Below are positions 26,201-38,200 of a DNA stretch of 64,000 bases, piece by piece. Where the stretch lies: positions 2,790,001 to 2,854,000 of the forward strand of contig OX638150.1 in NCBI GenBank assembly GCA_951804945.1, written 5' to 3'. The notes under the pieces were generated by a model. It saw nothing but the letters and a program-made list of their open reading frames with translations. It did no database searches and was not told the DNA's origin. Both the position numbers and the translations under genes were made by a program. Numbering within the stretch: position 1 is the stretch's first letter; the number at the start of each line of letters is the position of its first letter. This DNA is from Podarcis cretensis (Eukaryota).

Positions 26201-29200
26201 TGCAGTCCTAGGGGTGATAATGGTTCCCTACCTCCACCCAGGATAATGCCACATGTGAACCCACCATCTGAACACTATTTGGGGCCAGGTAGAGGCTGAA
26301 GAGAAACAGCTTAGACATGCTAAGCCCGGGAATGTGGGATTCAAAGAACCAAGGCTACTGTCACAGGAGCATTCTGGAAGCACGCAGGAGAACTGACTCA
26401 CCTGGCAGAAGCTAAGTTATATAACAGACTCTTCCCAGGCATTTTTAATACCAAATAGAGTTAAATTCACCTTTATGTCCATGTCAGGATCGACAAATTC
26501 CTTCAGGCACTCGATGGGGCCCATCAGAAAAGGGCAGTGATTGGTGAACACCTGCCAAGAGTCAGAATGCAAGAAGTGATGCAACAGAAAAGTGCTGATT
26601 CTTCTTGCTTGCTATAATGCTGTATTGCCTGCCCTTCCCATAAGTCCTGCTGCATAAAACCATTATACTTTATCATCCAGCATGATCAAAAGGAAATCAA
26701 GGAGCAGGAATGAATGCTTTTGCTCTGGGTGTGGCTGGGAATATATGCACAATTTGCGATCACTCACCTCTTGAAGGCCCTCTTGTGCCAGGGACCTGAA
26801 CCACAGAATCTCCCCAATTATGGTCATCCTCTTCAGAACATTTTCGGCGGCTGTGGAGAGCACATGGTTATTGGTCCCAATTTTCTAGCAGCCACAGAAT
26901 TCCTGGATGTGCATAACTTGCTTGGTTAATTCTATGGAAAACAGTGCAGTCCAACCCACTTTAGGACAGAAACCCCAGTAGGGAGGTGTAATGTGGTTTC
27001 ATTATTTGGATCTTTGAGCAGGCATTCTTACAGCGCTACATCTTCTGGAGTGTTTTCTGAACTTTGCTGAGTTATACAAACCTACATTCATGAGAATTCC
27101 TTTGCCTATTTGCAATGGATTTTTAAAAATCGCTGCTCACAAGCAGCAAAGGACTATTTCAGCTATTGCTTCACTCCAAATTTAGCCATTCAGGTGGCTG
27201 CGTGGTGGCTTCTGGAGCAGAGAACAGAAGAACTGAGGCCGTACGTAACCTTTGCCTGTCACCTACCAGTTAGGCGGGGTAGCAGTGCGGCCATCTGCTC
27301 TGGCTGGTAGAAGTTAGATCGGATCTGAACCAGTACATCCATATTCTCTGTCACTAGTTTCTAAAAAGAAGAAAATAAAGTTCTATCATACAGACTTTGA
27401 AAACTGGCCATACAGATGATGTCCTGACAGGGCAGCTCAGCACCAACCATGGTCCTGATGTTGTGCATGAGTTCAAGAAATACCCCACCACCCCACACTA
27501 AGGTGGTGGTGAGAGGTGGCAAGAGAGGGTGGAAGGGGAAAGAGATAGGGGCTGAGCCCAAGGGGCCAACCATGAAGGAACAGCAGCCCAGTCAGAGAGG
27601 CGATGGACACCTGTGTCTTCCCTGGCTGTCAACCCACAGGGAAGGAACTTGATGCTGCCACCCTTGTGGCCCCAAACACTCCCCAGCCAAGAGAAGGGAC
27701 TATGGTCTGCTTGGCTGTAAAGGCCCACTCACAGGAAACAGGAAATGGGTGTGGCTATACAAGAGGATGACATGCTGAGGAAGAAGGATCTCCAGAGCTT
27801 GTTTCAGAGTCAGAAACTAGGATGAGAAGGCACATGGTTGATAGACAACATAGTTGATAGACAACCTTCTGAGGCCTTGAGCAATTGGTTGACAACAAAG
27901 GATAGCCTTGAGTGTTCAACTGAGTGGTGCCTGATGCACCACCCTGAACACCAGGATTGTACTCTCATCAGTGGGTGACCAACTCCCTCAACCCTGTGGA
28001 TCAGTCGCACAGGAGAACTCAGCGGCAGCACAGCAAACAGCAAATCAGTTGGTTCCACTGATGCATGTGAATCAACAGAGGCACAGACATAAGGAATATC
28101 CTTTTGACAAAAGCAGTCCAGCTCCAACCTGCCCATTCCTTCCCACAAAGCACAAGGACATTTATAACACTCAGATGCTCTGTTTTAATCAGTGCCCCTG
28201 AACCACTGTTCACACGATATGGCAGAGCTGAGTTGCAGGACAGCAAATTGCAGCAAGCTCCCTTCTCCTCCTGGCCTCCTACCTTCAGCTCCACCATCTG
28301 TGAGGTGATGTGCCACATGAGGTTATCACTTAGGAACTTCATTCCGTAGGGCCCAAGGAGTTCTGCCAGGGCTCGCATCTCTGCAGAGGGAGGAAAAGGT
28401 AACAGCATACTTTGCAGACTAGCAGCAGGCACAGTGTGACCAATTCTTTATTGCTGTTCCCTGTGGATGTCTGCCAAGTGCTGGTTCCTCTCTTAGAATC
28501 ATAGAATCATAGAGTTGGAAGAGACCACAAGGGCCATCGAGTCCAACCCCCTGCCAAGCAGGAAACACCATCAGGGCACTCCTGACATATGGTTGTCAAG
28601 CCTCTGCTTAAAGACCTCCAAAGAAGGAGACTCCACCACACTCCTTGGCAGCAAATTCCACTGTCGAACAGCTCTTACTGTCAGGAAGTTCTTCCTAATG
28701 TTTAGGTGGAATCTTTTTTCTTGTAGTTTGGAACCATTGCTTCCATGTCCGCTTCTCTGGAGCAGCAGAAAACAACCTTGCTCCCTCCTCTATGTGACAT
28801 CCTTTTATATATTTGAACATGGCTATCATATCACCCCTTAACCTCCTCTTCTCCAGGCTAAACATGCCCAGCTCCCTTAGCCGTTCCTCATAAGGCATCG
28901 TTTCCAGGCCTTTGACCATTTTGTGTTTTTTTTTAAATGATATTTATTAAAGTTTCGAATAAAAACATATAATCACAGACAACAATAAAAACATACATAA
29001 ACCAACAAACCAAAAACAAGTATAAATTCAAACCTTATTTTCTAAACCTAATTTCCCCGACCTCCTCACACCTCCCCCTTCTGTATTCTAATCTCATTTT
29101 TCTTGTCAGCAAATCCATTCCCATGTTTCCCATAGTTTTTAATAATTCTATTCTTTTTCCTTAATCAACGCCCCTGCAAACCACTAATTTTTATCGTTGG

Positions 29201-32200
29201 TTGCCCTCCTCTGGACGCGTTCCAGTTTGTCAGTGTCCTTCTTGAACTGTGGTGCCCAGAACTGGACACAGTACTCCAGGTGAGGTCTGACCAGAGCAGA
29301 ATACAGTGGCACTATTACTTCCCTAGATCTAGATGCTATACTCCTATTGATGCAGCCCAGAATTGCACTGGCTTTTTTAGCTGCCGCATCACACTGTTGG
29401 CTCATGTCAAGTCTGATTATGCAGGCAGCAACAGAGGCCTACGCCAGCTGGACAAACTGAGAGGCCTTGCCCACCTTTCTCTGCATTGTGCAGGACATCT
29501 CAAGCTCTCATTGGCTCCTCTAAGCCCCGTCTTCCGTTTGGCTGAACACTCCTTTCAGGACAGGTCAAATCCTAACCATGAATATTTTGGCAGCCAGATA
29601 AGGATTACTCTCTGCTTCCTCCAACTTCCTGAGCTCCAGCTTCTATACTCCTTTACTTGCTTCTCCACACCTTACTATGGATTGCTTCTTCAGTTTTGAA
29701 CATCCACTATAATCCACATGACTGTTTGCCCAAGATAATAAAATGGGCTTGCTAATGGATTTTGATAGATAGATAGATAGATTCTTTATTGTCATTACAC
29801 AAGTGCAACATTGCACAAGTGCAACGAAATTGGATGCCATCCCTTAAAAACAACAAAAGCAAAACAACAACAACAACCAAACAAACCACATTCCATTTTT
29901 TTAATGGCGGCGCGCAGAGACGCTGCGGCTCAGTGCTCTCCTTTTGTTTTCAGCGTTTTGTTTTGTTTTCAGTGTTTTGTTTTCATTATTTTTACTTGTT
30001 CTGAGTATGTTTGGCCGGGCAAGAAAGATTTATAGCAGGCAGGAACTTCTGAAGGTCGGGTTACAGTGTGAACAAGCTGTGAGAGCTGATTATTTTCGCC
30101 CAGATAACGCTCCTGTGGGAGTAGCCAGGCCACCGGGCTCTCCATGGATTACTATGCCTCCAGGGAGGAGGCGAAGGCGGCGTAGAGACAGGAGGCAAAG
30201 GCGGGGTTGTCGGGCCGGCGTCCTGGTAAGATTGCAGAGGAGTCCATCTAAACCACCACTCCCTAGCATATTTCTTGCTAATGTGAGATCTCTTGCCAAC
30301 AAGATGGATGAATTGAGGCTGCTGGCAGCAAAGAACAGTCTCGTAAAAGATTGCTGCGTCTTATTTGTCATTGAGACATGGCTTCAACCGTCCATACCAG
30401 ACACGGCTATTCAGTTGGAAGGCTGTGTGGTACATCGTCATGACCGAGGCATGACCTTCGGAAAAACCAAAGGAGGGGGGCTGTGTGTATATGTGAACAA
30501 ATGCTGGTCCAATAATTCTAAGACCGTGGGCAGTTACTGTTCACCGGATTTGGAATATGTGGCTGTTAAATGCAGACCAGCCTATCTCCCTAGGGAGTTT
30601 ACAGCTGTTATGCTAACTGGTGTGTACGTGCCACCAGATGCCAATGCCAACTTGGCTCTGGGATGCCTGCAGAGCCTTATCAGCAGCCAGCAAGACAAGC
30701 ATCCTGAAGCTGTGCACATCATTGCGGGAGACTTCAATCATGTTGAACTTAAAACAGTGCTCCCAACGCTCTATCAGCATGTGAAATGTCCCACAAGGGG
30801 GGACAAGACACTGGATAAAGTTTATTCGAATGTAAATCACGGCTATAGGGCCTTACAGCTGCCACATTTGGGCCAGTCCGACCATATGTCTCTGTTCCTG
30901 GTACCAGCATATATCCCACTCAGGAAACGGGCTCCCACAATATCAAGGACTGTTAAAATCTGGCCTGAAGGCGCTATCCACCAGCTGCAGGACTGTTTTG
31001 AGAGAACCAATTGGGATATTTTCGATCGTTCAGACCTGGAGGAGCACACGGCGGCAGTTCTGTGCTATATCAATCACTGCACAGATACTGTCACAGTAAA
31101 TAAATCTATCCGGTTTTATCCCAATCAGAAACCCTGGATGAATAGAGAGGTCCAGTGCCTGTTGCGGGAAAGGAATAGGGCTTTCAGGTCGGGCGAGGTG
31201 CAGCTTTACAGTGTGGCAAGAGCAAACTTGAAGAGGGGTATTCGACGGGCAAAACTGGTCTATAGGCAGAGGATTGAGGATAATTTAAGGAGTAACAACA
31301 CAAGACAGATGTGGCAGGGGATTCAGCATATTACCAACTACAAACCTAACCTTGGTGCTGTCGATGGTGACCCTTTGCTGGCGGAGGAGCTTAACTTTTT
31401 CTTTGCTCGCTTCGAGAAGGAGCCACCTGAGACGCCGGTATTACAGCCACCAGCCCATAGGGGCCCCTCATTCACTGTAGAGGAGCATGAGGTGAGACAG
31501 GTATTGAGGATGGTGAATCCGAGGAAGGCTGCTGGACCTGATGGCATCACGGGAAAGGTGTTGAAGGGCTGTGCGGATCAGCTGGCGAAGGTCTTTACTA
31601 AGATCTTCAACAAGTCCTTACACCAGTCTATTGTCCCACCCTGCCTGAAGTCGTCAACTATTGTTCCTCTGCCTAAAAAATCTACAATCAGTAGTTTGAA
31701 CGACTACAGACCAGTTGCACTGACTCCAATCATCATGAAGTGTTTTGAGAAACTGGTGCGCCGTCATATAATTTCCTGTCTTCCATCAACTTTTGACAAC
31801 TACCAGTTTGCATACAGGGCAAATAGATCCACGGAAGACGCTATCACTATCACTCTCCATGCTGCTCTGTCCCATCTGGAGCAGCCGGGGAGTTATGTGA
31901 GGCTGCTGTTTGTGGATTTTAGCTCTGCTTTTAACACTATCCTCCCCCATAGACTGGTGTCCAAGCTAGAGGCGATTGGACTCTCCAACTCCACCTGTCT
32001 CTGGGTTTTGGATTTTTTGTCAGAACGTTCTCAGAGGGTTAGAGTGGGGTCACATATGTCCACAGCCCTTAGCCTTAACACCGGCTCACCACAGGGTTGT
32101 GTGTTGAGTCCCCTGCTCTATACTCTCTATACGTATGATTGTACAGCCATCTATCCCAGCAACAAAATCATCAAGTTTGCTGATGACACTACGGTGGTGG

Positions 32201-35200
32201 GGCTCATTTCAGGAGGGGATGAGTCCGCCTATCGGGACGAGGTGGAGCGGCTTTGTGTTTGGTGTGGAGAGAACAATCTGGCTCTTAATACGGCTAAGAC
32301 CAAGGAATTGGTGGTGGATTACAGGAAAAAAAAGGCGGACATTCAGCCCTTGTATATCAAAGGGGAACGGGTGGAGAGGGTGGCGGAATTCAGGTTTTTG
32401 GGAGTGACTATCGATCAGGGCATGACTTGGAGCGCAAATACCACTGCTCTGGTGAAGAAGGCCCAGCAGAGAATTTATTTCCTCAGACTTTTAAAGAAGA
32501 ACAATCTGAGTGAGAGACTGCTGGTGTCCTTCTACCGAGGCTCCATAGAGAGCATTCTCACATACTGTATTTGTGCCTGGTTCTCCAGTTGTACAGCTAG
32601 GAAGAGGAAGGTGCTCCAGAAGGTCATAACCACAGCCCAAAGGATTATTGGTCATCCTCTCCCATCTTTGGAAGAACTGTACGGTTCCCGTTGTCTTAGG
32701 AAAGCAAACAACATCCTGCAGGATGCATCTCACCCGGGATACAGTCTGTTTGCACTACTGCCTTCTGGCAGGAGATATAGAAACATCAAGTCAAGGACAA
32801 ATAGACTGAAAAATAGTTTCTATCCAAGAGCTGTGGCCTTTTTAAATGCTGTAACTCGATAGTGTGACCTGGGAGTTTGATGGGTGTGGGTGTGGGTGTG
32901 GCTGGAATGTGGTTTGTTTGGTTGTTGTTGTTGTTTTGCTTTTGTTGTTTTTAAGGGATGGCATCCAATTTCGTTGCACTTGTGCAATGTTGCACTTGTG
33001 TAATGACAATAAAGAATCTATCTATCTAACACAACCCAGTTCATTCTTAAGATATTTTTCCTTAATCTTTTTCCTTAATCAACGCCCCTGCAAACCACTA
33101 ATTTTTATCGTTGGTTGCCCTCCTCTGGACGCGTTCCAGTTTGTCAGTGTCCTTCTTGAACTGTGGTGCCCAGAACTGGACACAGTACTCCAGGTGAGGT
33201 CTGACCAGAGCAGAATACAGTGGCACTATTACTTCCCTAGATCTAGATGCTATACTCCTATTGATGCAGCCCAGAATTGCACTGGCTTTTTTAGCTGCCG
33301 CATCACACTGTTGGCTCATGTCAAGTCTGATTATGCAGGCAGCAACAGAGGCCTACGCCAGCTGGACAAACTGAGAGGCCTTGCCCACCTTTCTCTGCAT
33401 TGTGCAGGACATCTCAAGCTCTCATTGGCTCCTCTAAGCCCCGTCTTCCGTTTGGCTGAACACTCCTTTCAGGACAGGTCAAATCCTAACCATGAATATT
33501 TTGGCAGCCAGATAAGGATTACTCTCTGCTTCCTCCAACTTCCTGAGCTCCAGCTTCTATACTCCTTTACTTGCTTCTCCACACCTTACTATGGATTGCT
33601 TCTTCAGTTTTGAACATCCACTATAATCCACATGACTGTTTGCCCAAGATAATAAAATGGGCTTGCTAATGGATTTTGTGACTTCTACTGAGTAGCAAAG
33701 TCACAGAACCATACAATTGGAGGGGCACTCATAGACAGTTCAGTCCAACCACTGTCACAATGCAGGAATGCAAGAGCATCATAAACAAATGCAAGAGCAT
33801 CATAAACAGATGCCTGTCCAAAGGAGCAAGGGAGAGCCTATCACCAATGGGTCCACTGTCCTGATGGCTAGGGCGGGAAAGAACAAGTCTTTGCTATGTG
33901 ACAGGCACTTGGGTATTTGAAGAGTGAGATCATGACCCCACCCCTCTCCATTCCTGGACGAATAACCACTCATCGTGGCATCACTGTGGTCAGTCTTGTT
34001 GCCAAATTCAGCTCAAGAACCACTACTGCAACTAAGCCTTGGGTGCTCCAGACTGCGTGTGTGAGCACCTACCTGAAACATCAGAAAACTCTTCAGCACT
34101 GAAGGTCTGTTCCCCTTCTTTGGGTATACTGACAAAGGTCTGCATTGATGGGGAAAGGACAATGGAGCCCATGCTGGCTTGGCGCAATAGTGACTCCAGG
34201 TACCTGGGAGTGACAGCAAAGGAAACATGATATAATTTAGCTCAACAAAATGCTGCTGGAGGAGTCAGCTGATTAGGAGGTGGGGGAGGGGAGCCATGCC
34301 TATGGGAAAACCTCCTTAAACAGGACTTTGGCCCAGAGTAACAACTACCTGACACCTACCTGCCTCTCTTACTACTGCTACTGACCTTTTTTCAAAGGAG
34401 AGAGACAGAGATGACAAAGTTGAGCCATATCTGCTGAGCCTTTGTTTCCATATGCATGAGTGAGGCTGCTCAGTGCTTAGGGAAATCTCTCTGCGTATAC
34501 TTAGGAGAACTCTCTTCATTAATATCTGAAATATTGGCATTTAAAGCAGATTCAGGGGCTCGTCCTGGGGGGTCTTGAAACAAATTATGTCCTGCCTACT
34601 ATGACAGTATAATGCCCCAACCAGCCCCTCCATTTTCCCAGCCCCATACCAGTTGGTATAGAGTGTGGTGAGGGTCTGTTCCCCACTTGCATCCAGGGGC
34701 TGGGTCTGCTGCAGAAGTACGTTGCGGAGGAGGCGCCCAGTATCCAGACCTATGCGATGCATCAGTGAAACCAGGAAAGTGGTATAGGCCTGCACACCTG
34801 CCAACGCTTCTGAGGGACGTGCCAGTTCTGGGGAGCTTGGGTTTGGCTTTGCCAGCCGCACCAGAGACCTGGGGGTGGGGATGTGAATGGTTAGTGGATG
34901 TGCATTGGCCAAAAGAAAAAAGCACCCAAACACCCCAGCCCCTACACAGTTGGCAGCTTGATGTTCATCCCTCTGCCTACCTCTCAAGCTAAAGTTTCCC
35001 AATATGTAGTGGTATCTTGAATAGCTTGTTTTCTTAATGAGCACTGAGGATCAGGTGATGTTCCAGGCAAGGAAGACAGGTCATATCTACTTGGATGATT
35101 GGGACTGAAATCCGTGCTCTACTGGCAGCAGCGGGGGGTGAGGTAGATGGCAGCACGAGAAAAACATAAATGTAGCCAGTGAAGGAGACACAAGCCTGAG

Positions 35201-38200
35201 TTTTCCAGCTGGCTGCCAAGAAGCAGCCATGGGGAGAACTGCAAGGACTGAATGCTGTTGCTTTGGGGGAAACAGTGGTCCTTTGAAAATTAGCAAAGTT
35301 TGAGCATCTGCTCCCCATTGCTCACTAATGAGCCCAGCCCAGCTCCTGTCAGGGTGATGAGACTATCAAGTGCTTCGCTGTGATCCTGCCAGCTCTGTTC
35401 TGGGACTTTAATCTTTGCAGCAATCACTTGATTTGCTGACTCCTCTTTCTCCATACAGTTAGCCATAAGCACTTTGCCACAAAGAATGACGAAACAAAAA
35501 TTAAAATATGAAAACACCTACAATACATTGTTACCCATAATATTTTCACAAAGACAAATCAAGGGAGTTTCACAACAGATACATGATTCTTTAAAAAAGC
35601 CCTCACTATCAAAATAACTGTGTCATTACTAAGGGGAAGAGAGCAACCTAGTAGGTGTTGGTAACTGAATGGGCATTTTAAAAGAGTAGAAGACAGTCCC
35701 CAGAGGAAACACCCTTTGGCTTAGATGGTAAATGGCAAAAATTCTCGCCTCTGGCATGGCAGTCAAAGCCTGCTGTCAGAACCTGCTGCAAAACCTAACC
35801 TCAACAGCTTTGCCGATTAAGTTAAGTTTTGCTAAATACGAGGTCAGCTAGCTCAAATTGTGAAATCTACCAACACATGTTCAGGAGATGCAGTCACCAG
35901 GACTGAAGCACTAAGCCAACAGAAGCAAGTGCATGGGACAGAGGACAGCAGCAGCACTTTGGGGGCAGCCAACTTAATTACACATCAGTGTAATTACACT
36001 TCAGTGTAATTAAGCAAGACTCAAGTGTTCATATCTAACAAATCCACCCCACTGCCACCTTCCTGCCTCTCCCACATAATCGGCACTACTGAGCAAAAGC
36101 TGTAGCACATGCACCATAGCTGTGTACTTCTATGGCTTCTCTCGAGAACAGACCCATAATCAATAGTGCCACATCACTTCCTGCTGCGCCCCTCACGTCC
36201 TGTACCTGCTAAGGCGTGTCTCCAGCTGGCTGCTGAGGTACTCTGCTGGAGTCACGGTGTGCTCAAAGACAGCAAAACTGGTCACGTTGTTCAGGCTCCA
36301 GCAGATCTCAGTCAGCGTCAGGTGCAGCTTGTCCAGACTGGAAGTGGGGGTGGGGAGAAGATGATAGTGGGTTAGAGCAATTGATACCGACTGCCTGGTT
36401 TGCAGGAGGCAGAGAAGTACTGGCCAGGCGAGAACCACATCAGTCCAACTCCAGAAGCACTTCGCAACCAAGGACAGAAGGAGGGGCAGTAGGACACACT
36501 GTCTTCCCATCCCCTGCTCTTCTGATCATGTCTGTTTACACACACACACAATATACATATGAAAATGCAACCTATTATAACCAAAATGCCCTATCTCTGG
36601 TCAAACAGGCCCAATTATATTGAATATTCAACATGTAGCAGGTCATTTAAAGCATAAAATGCCATTAGTTTTATCGATCACCCACTCTCCCAAGCCTGCA
36701 CTCCACCCCAAAAACACAGAGTGTAGCTGGTTTGGGTCCTCCCATTCATTCCGTCCTCTGGTTCCCTAAGGACACCAGAATCACATCTTGCTGCCACCAT
36801 TCTAGTTCTCCCTTCAGGGAAGCACCCCACCCCACAAATACACATTAGGAACAATGGATGTTCGCAGTGTCAGACTCACTGCTGGGAAAATTGGAGCTCA
36901 TTCATTCCACCTCTGACTGGCAAGTCTCTAGTTCAAGAGGCCCTGCAATGGCCCCACCCTGCAGTGTTTTGTGGGAGAATATTCCAGATTTTTTTGGGTG
37001 GGGGGCAGGATAGCTATAGGCAAGCTTTCTGCCACGGGCAGGGGAAACATTGCCCACCTCTGGCTGCTTTAGCCTTATTTACAACTAAAGGGCAAAATAA
37101 GACGTGACTGATCTTCTGACTTTAAAACAAACTTCAAAAAGAAGCTGGGGTGGGGGCCAGGAATGCTCCAATTTTGATTGGAGCAGCAGTTTTGGAGGGC
37201 CCCTCCCACATGCCCTGCATAGGAAAGTGGGCAGGAAGGAACTAGGGATGTCATCCTTTCACCCTGGGTGGAAACAGTAGCCTAATTTGCAGAGTCCTGC
37301 AACAACCCATTTGAGGATCCCTCCTCCACTGCAGAAAAATAACCCTTCCCCCTGTACTGTTTTCCTGACCAAGCTTCGCCTCTCCAAAGCTGCTATTAGC
37401 CCTGCTGGGCAGGAAATACATATACCATATTATGCCTGTCTTATTTCTGAAATTATGAATAGCTTCGGGTCAGCGAGCAATTTCAGCCAGGGAAAAATGG
37501 TGGGAAGTTTAAACATCCCCTCTCTTGCAGCCATTGCTTCAATAAAAAAATGGAACTGCCATGACTGCTTTTTAAGTTAAAACTCCAGAACATAAGGAGA
37601 TGTGAGAGCATGCATCTTCCATACAACATTTGTTTTGACCCGCCCCCTAGTTGGAGCCATAGAAACACCTTGCAAAACACCTAGGATTAATGGCATTTTC
37701 CATGCTAACCACCAGACAGATCTTTGCATGCTTGACTGGTGAGGTGGTATCATTTTAAGTGCACCCTCGGTCCTGTTTTAACCATATGGCAGTGTTTCTC
37801 AAACTTGGGTCTCTAGCTGTTGTTGGACTACAACTCCCATCATCCCTAGCTAGCAGGACCAGTGGTTAGGGATGATGGAAGTTGTAGTCCAACAACAGTT
37901 GGAGACCCAAGTTTGAGAAACACTGCCGTAAGGCTTCAATCGTGCTGGTATGAAGAAGTTTAACGTTGCCCATGACGTGCTGCACGGGTTCATTGTGGCC
38001 TTACTTGGTGACCAGGCTGCGGTCTTTCCGGTGGCTCTCTGCACCAGGCTTGTCCCTCTCTGGCTCTCCCTTCTTGGATGATGCTTTTTGGGTCCTCTTG
38101 TTCCGAGCCTTGCTGATGGTGGCAGCACAGTGCTTGGGTAAGAGCTGGGAGACATAAAAGAGGCGAGGGGGTTATGGGTGGGTGGGTGTATTAAGAAAGG

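Noticed and set aside
29944-30006. Hydrophobic signal-peptide-like N-terminus of the 972-aa ORF
   Set aside because: It arises from a non-ATG start in T-rich 5'UTR sequence. The first ATG is at 30007.
29765-33028. DNA transposon (TIR element) interpretation of the 126-bp inverted repeats
   Set aside because: The repeats are the LINE 3'UTR with its polyA signal and (ATCT)n tail. The only ORF is APE+RT, with no transposase.
32864-33613. 249-aa ORF directly after the Rex1 ORF
   Set aside because: It is a patchwork of Rex1 3'UTR microsatellites, antisense CR1 and duplicated flank, with a non-ATG start and no recognisable domain.
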